Source: Octopus vulgaris (lineage: Eukaryota). Taken from it: 64,000 nt of DNA. The DNA is taken from the NCBI GenBank assembly GCA_951406725.2, contig OX597836.1, positions 496,001 through 560,000 of the forward strand, given 5' to 3'. The notes beneath the pieces were generated by a model. It did not search any database. It was given only the letters and a program-made list of their open reading frames with translations, and was not told where the DNA came from. The stretch's first letter is position 1. Each line of letters starts with the position of its first letter. This document shows positions 55,527 to 64,000 of the stretch, one piece after another. Position numbers and translations under genes: made by a program.

Positions 55527-55617
<91 letters not shown>

Positions 55618-55658
55618 CGCATTACATGTATGTGAGTGTGTATGTGTGTGTGTGTGTA

Positions 55659-55659
<1 letters not shown>

Positions 55660-55718
<59 letters not shown>

Positions 55719-55730
55719 CATTATCATCAT
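55660..55730. repeat. (ATT)n microsatellite
   Basis: Directly visible trinucleotide array. Confidence 0.97.
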
Positions 55731-57630
55731 CAATATTGCCATATTAATGTCTTCTTTTCAGTGCTTGCCTAAGTCAGAGTTTTTCTAAGGCTGGATGCCA
55801 TTCCTGTTGCCATCCCGGTTCCCGAGTCAGGTAATAATCTCCCAGTCTATTGAATAACTAACATCCTTGGCATATCTACAGGGAGAACTGCAAAGCAAGC
55901 AACACCATCTGTTTACAAAGATCGTGCAACATGAGAAGAAGCATGGACATAGACTTTTGGTAGGCCACCATCAAATGACAATGTTAGCAAAGCATTGTTT
56001 ACAATAAACACATCAGCAGATGAGCAAATATGACTTCTCTCCAATACACACACACATATATACAACAAGCTTCTTTCATTTTCCTGCTCCCAAAAGCACT
56101 CACAACACTATGGTCAGCACCATGCTACACTAGACACCTGGGTGCTACATAGTGGGATTGAACCCAAAACTATGTGGTTGGGAGGCAAACTACTTCACAG
56201 CAACAGTAGTACCTGTATATATATCTGATGCATCAATGACAAATAGTCAAGTAATTAAGCCTACTGCCTAAGTATTCGGCAACTCGTACAATTCCCTTGA
56301 TATTCCTCACACCACTACAACCATCATTACCACCAGTGTACTCACCACACCAAAGCAACTCACTCTTCCACCTCCACCTTCACTTCTTTAGTAACCGAGA
56401 ACAGAAAGGAAAGCAGAATTCTAAATGGAAAGGTCATGGAGAGATTGAAGGAAACAGGACTGAGTTTGAGATTTATTATCATCATCATTTTAATGTCCCT
56501 TTTCCCAAGTTCTTGTAAAGATAAGACAGAATTTGTTGCAGCAGATTTTCTACTGCTGGATACCTTTGCTGTCACCAAACTTCATCAGTTTCCAGGGAAG
56601 ACTGGAAATGAAAATGACATTGCTTATATGATGGTGACCTTCACACAATGTCAAGACAAGCAGACACACTCATGCATATGCAAGCACATGTATATGTGTG
56701 TGTGTGTTTATGTGTGTATACACACACACACACTCACAACAAATCCATTCAAGAGGCTTTGGTTGGCCCATTGCTATAAGTTGAAGATGCTTGGCCAAGG
56801 TGCTACTCAGGTGGACTGAATTTGAAACCATGAGGTTGGGTGCTATGTCCGTGTATCTATGATTATGCATATATGCATGCATGTCTGCTCTTGTGGTTTG
56901 ATTCCTGCTACAGAAGCAGTACTACTTATTGTTGTTATGGTAGTGGTCACCATAGTAGTGGTGGTGGTGGTGGTTGTGACAATCTTTATTTTGTTTAAAG
57001 GCTGCTGATGGAAATTCTTTTTGATGTTCTTTATTTTGTTTCTCTATTATTTATCATTCTTTCCCTTTGATATATTTAATATATATATATATATATGTAT
57101 ACATTTATATTTTCATTCACTTTCAGTCCATTTTCATTTCCTGACAGTTCAATTTATTCGCATCAATTTATCCTTCAGAGACAAGATAGCTTTCTAATGG
57201 ACTACCATTAAAACCACACTTGAAGAAAAGTGATTACTGTTCTACTGTTATAATTTTTGTCTATATTCTCTAAAATAAATTCCAGTCATGTACTATGCTT
57301 CATTACAAACTCTCTCATATCCTATAAAACTGTGCCAAATTCAAAGAATCCAATAACATCAATCCTTATTACATTTTCCTTTTTAACTTGTACATAAAAT
57401 GTTGCACTTCTATTTTTAGATTTATTTGTGAATTCCTATTTTGTGTTGAATTTAATTTTGTTCTCTTCATGTCACATAGAATGTGAATAATAATGATAAA
57501 TAGTTATTATTAAATAGATTCCTCTTATTTCTATATCTTATCCATTTGTAACCCTGTTTATATTCACAAAAGTTTAATAATTTTCTCTTTCCCTGTTTTA
57601 TCTCTCATTATTATTATTATTATTTATTAT

Positions 57631-57846
57631 GAAGGCAGCAAGCTGGCAGAATCATTAGCACACCGGGCGAAATGCTTAGTGGTATTTCGTCTGCTGCTAT
57701 GTTCTGAGTTCAAATTCTTTCAAAGTTGACTTTGCCTTTCATCCTTTCCGGGTCAATAAATCAAGTACCCATTGTGTACTGGGGTCAATCTAATTAATTT
57801 GCCCCTTCCCTCAAAATTTCAGGCCCTTGTGCCTATAATCGAAAGG

Positions 57847-57885
<39 letters not shown>

Positions 57886-58095
57886 GCACTGAGCTGGCAA
57901 AATTTTCACCAAATTGGACAAAATGGTCAGTAGCATTTCTTCCAGCTCTTCACACTCTGAGTTCAAACTCTGTCAAGGTTGACATTACCTTTCATTTCTT
58001 AAGGGTTGAAAATATAAAGTACTGGTCAAATACTTGGGTCGATTTTATCAACCTACCCCCTCTCCCCTAGAATTGCTGGCATTGTGCCAAATCTG
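57631..58095 (+). mobile_element. Two tandem SINEs of a third family separated by (ATT)n
   Basis: ggcagcaagctggcagaatc...gagttcaaatt (B box)...gactttgcctttcatcctttcc.gggtcaataaa..aagtacc core, repeated in degenerate form at 57886-58095. Another copy lies near 44000-44170. Confidence 0.75.
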
Positions 58096-58379
58096 AAAGC
58101 ATTGTTGCTGTTGTCATTATTATTTGCTTAAATTTAAAATTTATGATTATTATCATTTATGTCCCAGGATTGTTTTTAGTCATTTGAACTTCTAATTAAT
58201 GTGATGTAATTGTAAATATTACTTTAAAAATCTATTAATTACTATTGTATATCTTTGCATTTTAAAACTTAGTAAAATTTAGCTAAAAGAACTCTTATCT
58301 AAATATTAATTCTAAATGTATATCACAAGACAGACTGTAATTTCAGAGAAAAATATTTTTCCATATTTCATGCTCTCTT

Positions 58380-58435
<56 letters not shown>

Positions 58436-58526
58436 CATCTGATTATACACATTTGCATATACATATATTAACACACAAGCATATATGTACATTTACACAT
58501 AAGCTTACACATATATTTACACACAA

Positions 58527-58567
<41 letters not shown>

Positions 58568-58857
58568 AAAGAAAGTTATTCCACATGGGTAGAAGTGTAA
58601 AGAAAGTCTTTGAAAATGCTCTGGGATCCTTTTAGATGGTTTCATTTAAAGGCTTAACTGATTTCACAGATTTTTCTTATTTTCAGAAGCAAGACAGTGA
58701 CAACATAACCCCATGCTTTTCTATCTGACTTAACTTTTGGAAATCAGAAAAGTTTGTGAAATTGGATAAGCCTTCGAAAATAAACCATCTCAAAGATTCC
58801 CAGTGCATTTTCAACTTCTGTTACATACATACATACATACACATATATATACAGGTA

Positions 58858-59162
58858 TATATTATCCAAAACATACAGTATTATATATCTATGACAGCTG
58901 ATCTCACCAATCAGTTTCGTGCAAGTAATACAATGGTGTGTTAGGTAACAATCCGTTGATATAACCTTACACTTATTAGAGTTTGCAAAAGATGAATAAT
59001 ATTAAGTATAATTCCAAATCCATTGCAAAAGGTGTACAATATTAAGAGTCCTATTGGCTAACTCTGATGAGCGTAAGGTTATATAATTGGATTGTTATCT
59101 AACACTCCACTGGTAAGATCAGCTGTGATGGCTATATAATATTGTACATTTCAGATAATACA
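58858..59162. mobile_element. Diverged palindromic element with split hammerhead-like motif
   Basis: Arms about 58858-58983 and 59060-59162. CTGATGA at 59064-59070 (+); GAAAC on the minus strand near 58914-58918. Confidence 0.7.
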
Positions 59163-59476
59163 CCCACTCTAATAACAGATATATGACTGCATCTTTTCCC
59201 TGACTTATGGACTCTTAAACGACTTACACCACACACACACACACACACATACACACATATACAACACACCCCACCTACCCCTACACACACACATATATAT
59301 GCACTAACACATGCATGCACGCACACACTTACATAAACACACATATGCATACATGTAAAACATATATTTGAAAATATATATCTTTTCAAATATATGCCCA
59401 TATATATCATTATATATATATTTATACATCTGTCCGTCTGTCTATCAATCTATCTATCTATCCATTCCTATACCTG

Positions 59477-59521
<45 letters not shown>

Positions 59522-59820
59522 ATCTATCTATCTATATATATATATATATATATATGCATGCATGTATATAAAGTTATTAACTAAAAACACTCTAAATGTT
59601 AAAGTACAAACAACTAGGAAAATATTAAATAAAACATTAGTCTTTGTAATAAATAATTTGTCAAGCCAGGCAAAGCTATTCAATAGAACTAAAATCAGTG
59701 TGCGTGCGCATGTGTGTGTGGGTATCTGTTTATGTGTGTGTATGGGTAAATATGAGTATATATGTATATATATATTTATATATATGCATATATATGTATA
59801 TATATGTACATATGACATGA

Positions 59821-59860
<40 letters not shown>

Positions 59861-59905
59861 GAGATGATATATATACATATACATATATATACATATATAT
59901 GTATA

Positions 59906-59963
<58 letters not shown>

Positions 59964-60217
59964 ATTTTTGCGACCCGCATGACTCACCATTTCTTCATTC
60001 TGTCTGGCCGAAAAGCCACTGTTTCACACCGCTGCTGCAAATATGTATGTGTCGTGTCAGGATTTTTCCAAACTGGAAAACTGGGCAGAGTTCTTATGTC
60101 TTGACATCACTCCTAGCTCATGACATCACGTATCTGTGTGGCGGCGTTGGTAAGGTGCTGTCAGCAGTGATGATGGTGGAAGTAGTGATGGTGCTGGTGA
60201 TGGTATTATTGATGGTA

Positions 60218-60283
60218 GTTGGTTGGTTGGTTGGTTGGTTGGTTGGTTGATTGGTTGGTTGGTTGGCTGGTTGGCTGGTTGGT
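60218..60283. repeat. (TGGT)n microsatellite
   Basis: Directly visible tetranucleotide array. Confidence 0.95.
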
Positions 60284-60431
60284 GAATTAGGTTCTTGGAA
60301 GGAGTTTGGGTGGTGGGTTCTAATGACATTGGCTGGTGAATTACTTGGATTTGAAGTAATTTAGGCTGGGATGTGGCTGTTTGTTAGTTCATACTGCTGT
60401 TATTGGTGTTGTGCTGGTGGAAGTGCAGGTG

Positions 60432-60484
<53 letters not shown>

Positions 60485-61019
60485 CCTGTATGAATGTATA
60501 TGTATGCATAATCTTTTTCTGTTTCATATCTTGGAAAAGTATTTGAGGTTGTTTGGAAATGTCCAAAAGAGGCAGAGTTGAGAATTTTAATGAAAAAATG
60601 TTAACCCACACAAAAACTCCTATGCTATATAACTGTTTTTGTTTTATGTGTGGACCTAAAAGCATGTATGTGTGTATACATACATGAATGTATATATAGT
60701 CAAGCGTATCTTTTTATATGGCTCAGTGCCTATGAATATTTTTTCTTTGTAATTCTTTTCTTTCTTTCCTTACTCTCTTTCTACCCTTTCATACAGAGAG
60801 AGGGGATTTATTTTTCCTTCACTTCTCAAATCTCTTTTCTCTTGTTATATTTGTCATAGGGCTGGATTCATAGCTTTCTGGGTAGATTTCATTTTAAGTT
60901 CTTTCTTTCATAAAACTGCTCAGTTATTTAAAATAATTGTTCATATTTTAATTTGATATCTTTTTAATCAATTTTCTTCCACTAAATATGTATATAAATA
61001 CATACATACATATACATAC

Positions 61020-61066
<47 letters not shown>

Positions 61067-61145
61067 TATATATATACATACATATATAAATATTTACATA
61101 TATATATATATATTCCTATATGTTTACATAAATAAATAAATATAT

Positions 61146-61184
<39 letters not shown>

Positions 61185-61641
61185 ATATATACATACATAT
61201 ATATATATATACATACATACAGATATATATATATGTATATATATACACATACTGATAAATAGATGGATAGATAGACAGACAGATATTTTAATTATCTTCC
61301 TACTCCATAATTTGGCAACTTAACTCCCATTATTTGCTATCTATAACAGTTCTTACACAATAAAGAAGATTATTTGCTATTACAGCAGTTATTCATAAAG
61401 TTGATTTTGCATATGTGTATATTATATATACACACACACATAAGTGTATATACATTTATATATACATATATTTTTTATATACGTATATACATGTATGTAT
61501 ATATGTGTGTATACACACACCTACATACACACTCGCATACACACACAAACACACACATATATATGTAGAAACATCAAAATACATATTTATACATATACAC
61601 ATGTATGTATATAGAAACATAGCTATATGTGCTTGCATATA

Positions 61642-61673
<32 letters not shown>

Positions 61674-62132
61674 CATATACACATTATATACAGTTATGTA
61701 GATATTTTAAAGTTTTTAGTTTGGAGGGAAGACAGTGGTCATAGTCAAATAGAGGGCTTCTGAGAGATGGTGGAAGATATCCTCAAATGTGAAGTTTGGT
61801 CTAAATTTGTACTACAGATCGAGCTCCATTTAAGGCAGCCAAGGTGCCAGGTGGTGGTGGTGTTATATCAGTAATAAGTTAGTCTACTACCCTAGTAAGC
61901 CATAGTTAGATTTGAACACAAAACGAAGTGGGCTGAAACAAATGTTGCAATGCATCTTGGTTGATATTTTTACTGTTCCAACAATCCACCACATTGGATT
62001 AGTTCTACTTTTTATCAAATTCAAAAGAATGAGGGACAGAGGTGACCACAGTGGGATTTGAACTTATATTGCAGAGTGTCAGAACAAATACTGTAAATGA
62101 TTCAGGTTGATGCTCTAACAATTCTGGGATCA

Positions 62133-62182
<50 letters not shown>

Positions 62183-62369
62183 CAAAATAAGCAACAGGAT
62201 ATCCAGAGGTAATGCAGTACAGTCGTTTCAAGTGACTCCATTTAATTGAACAATGCAACCAGTGGTTGCATATTTTGATTTTAATCACCTTTAAAACTGT
62301 ATGGATAATACGTACTAAATTTTGGTGCCTCAACTCAAGTACCTAATTCATCTGAATCTAAACTTTTGC

Positions 62370-62431
<62 letters not shown>

Positions 62432-62454
62432 CACATATACTCACACACACACAC

Positions 62455-62537
<83 letters not shown>

Positions 62538-63079
62538 CATACACATATATGTATATATATATATATATACATACATACACATATATATATATACATACAT
62601 ATATATGTATATATATATACATACATACACATATATATATATACATACACATATATATATATACATACACATATATATATATATATATATATACACGCAC
62701 ATACATAAACACATGTATATATACATATACACACATACATACACTTGTACATATATGTGTGTGTGTCTGTGTGTGTGTATACACAGATACATAACCATAA
62801 TTTATGTATATATTTAAAGTATACACACAAATATATCAACATAAAGATATATATATATATGTATGTCATATGAACTAACATATGTATACATATATTACTA
62901 TATACAAAATTATATATTGTGTATACATATATACACAAAAACACATGTATTTTCACATATGCATACATATTTAGATATATGTATACATATAAATATACAT
63001 ATATATTCATGTATAATAGGTATTAAAGAACGGAGAGGAGCTGTGGAAAATTCCCATTCTATATTTCAATGCTAGCAGA

Positions 63080-63990
63080 AGGAGGGTAAAATACCTTCAC
63101 TGAGGACACAAACTGATTTCTATTAGAGCTACAGTATGATGGATCATATAATCACCCTAACACACCTGTCAAAATGAGTGAAAAGGTATATGTTATTTCA
63201 GTGCATCACTTACTTTGACTATGAAAAGATCTTTGATAATCTCAAGATTAATGCAGAGCTAAAATCTCTGGAAATGCAAGGATTTGAGGTGCAATACACC
63301 AAACTGCTCAGGGATACAAACTGTTGATGTACCAACCGAGAAATGCATCAAACAAGGGGAGACCATTTCTCCAAAGTTCTGCACTATATATTTAGCAATG
63401 GTCATCAGACATTGACTAGACAGGTAATATGAACATCAACAGCAAGCTACAAGCACACCTTTGATTCCTAGCCACAGACCAGCTGCAGACTGTGCTAACA
63501 GAACTGGACACCCGTGTTTCAGCAGTTGACCATAAAATGAACCACATGGAAACAAAATACGTGCAGTCTAAAGACATGGCACAAAGTCAAATAGAGGTGG
63601 GAAGTGATAAAATGGATGCAGTAAAAGAGTATATGCACTGAATATCATGGAACTTAAGGGCAGGGTGGAAGGCATCTACCTTGATAAAAGATGTATCATT
63701 ATGAGAGCATATCTAAAATGATGTAATTCAAGAATGGATCAGAGTAAACAATGTGATCATAGAAATCCAAGAGCACAAATTCTAATGATAGGTCGCAAGT
63801 TTCAGAGACAACAGGTGGACTTATGCAGTTGCTGAGTGGTATCCAAGAGATCTGAAAAGACCAGTCAGAAGGCCTCCAAGATGGCAGGAAGATTATTTAG
63901 TTGAACACTTTGGGCCAAGATGAAAATGGTAAAATCAAGAAAGAATTGGAAGTGAATGGCGACCAATAGTGAATAACAACATCAAGTAGT
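63080..63990 (+). mobile_element. Degenerate RTE-1-like LINE RT and C-terminus
   Basis: Remnants FDYEKIFD, KSLEMQG, KQGETISPKF and NRWTYAVAEWYPRDLKRP.RRPPRW, with many stops and frameshifts. Confidence 0.8.
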
Positions 63991-64000
63991 CAGGCTGATA

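Overview
This is AT-rich animal genomic DNA saturated with microsatellites. The repeat landscape (tRNA-derived SINEs, RTE LINEs with (GAT)n tails, long (TA)n/(TACA)n tracts) most resembles an octopus or other coleoid cephalopod; that assignment is inference. Nearly all ORFs in the supplied track are microsatellite artefacts. One host gene can be supported: the 3' part of a minus-strand couch potato/MEC-8 (RBPMS-family) RNA-binding protein gene. It has two RRM2 exons (28550-28481, 19868-19758) and a probable terminal coding exon (1472-1413); I did not find the earlier exons in the window. The rest is transposon debris: RTE, CR1-like, R4/Dong-like, Penelope, mariner, maT-like and SINEs. The most striking unexplained pattern is five sequence-unrelated short palindromic elements (about 7.5, 21.8, 43.1, 49.3 and 58.9 kb). 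Each contains, or lets one reconstruct, a type I hammerhead-ribozyme-like fold with a self-complementary stem III, as in Penelope-like element LTRs and retrozymes. Several long inverted repeats also surround the RRM2 exons and are candidate dsRNA, ADAR-editing or back-splicing structures. All folds and alignments were read by eye and nothing was computed.
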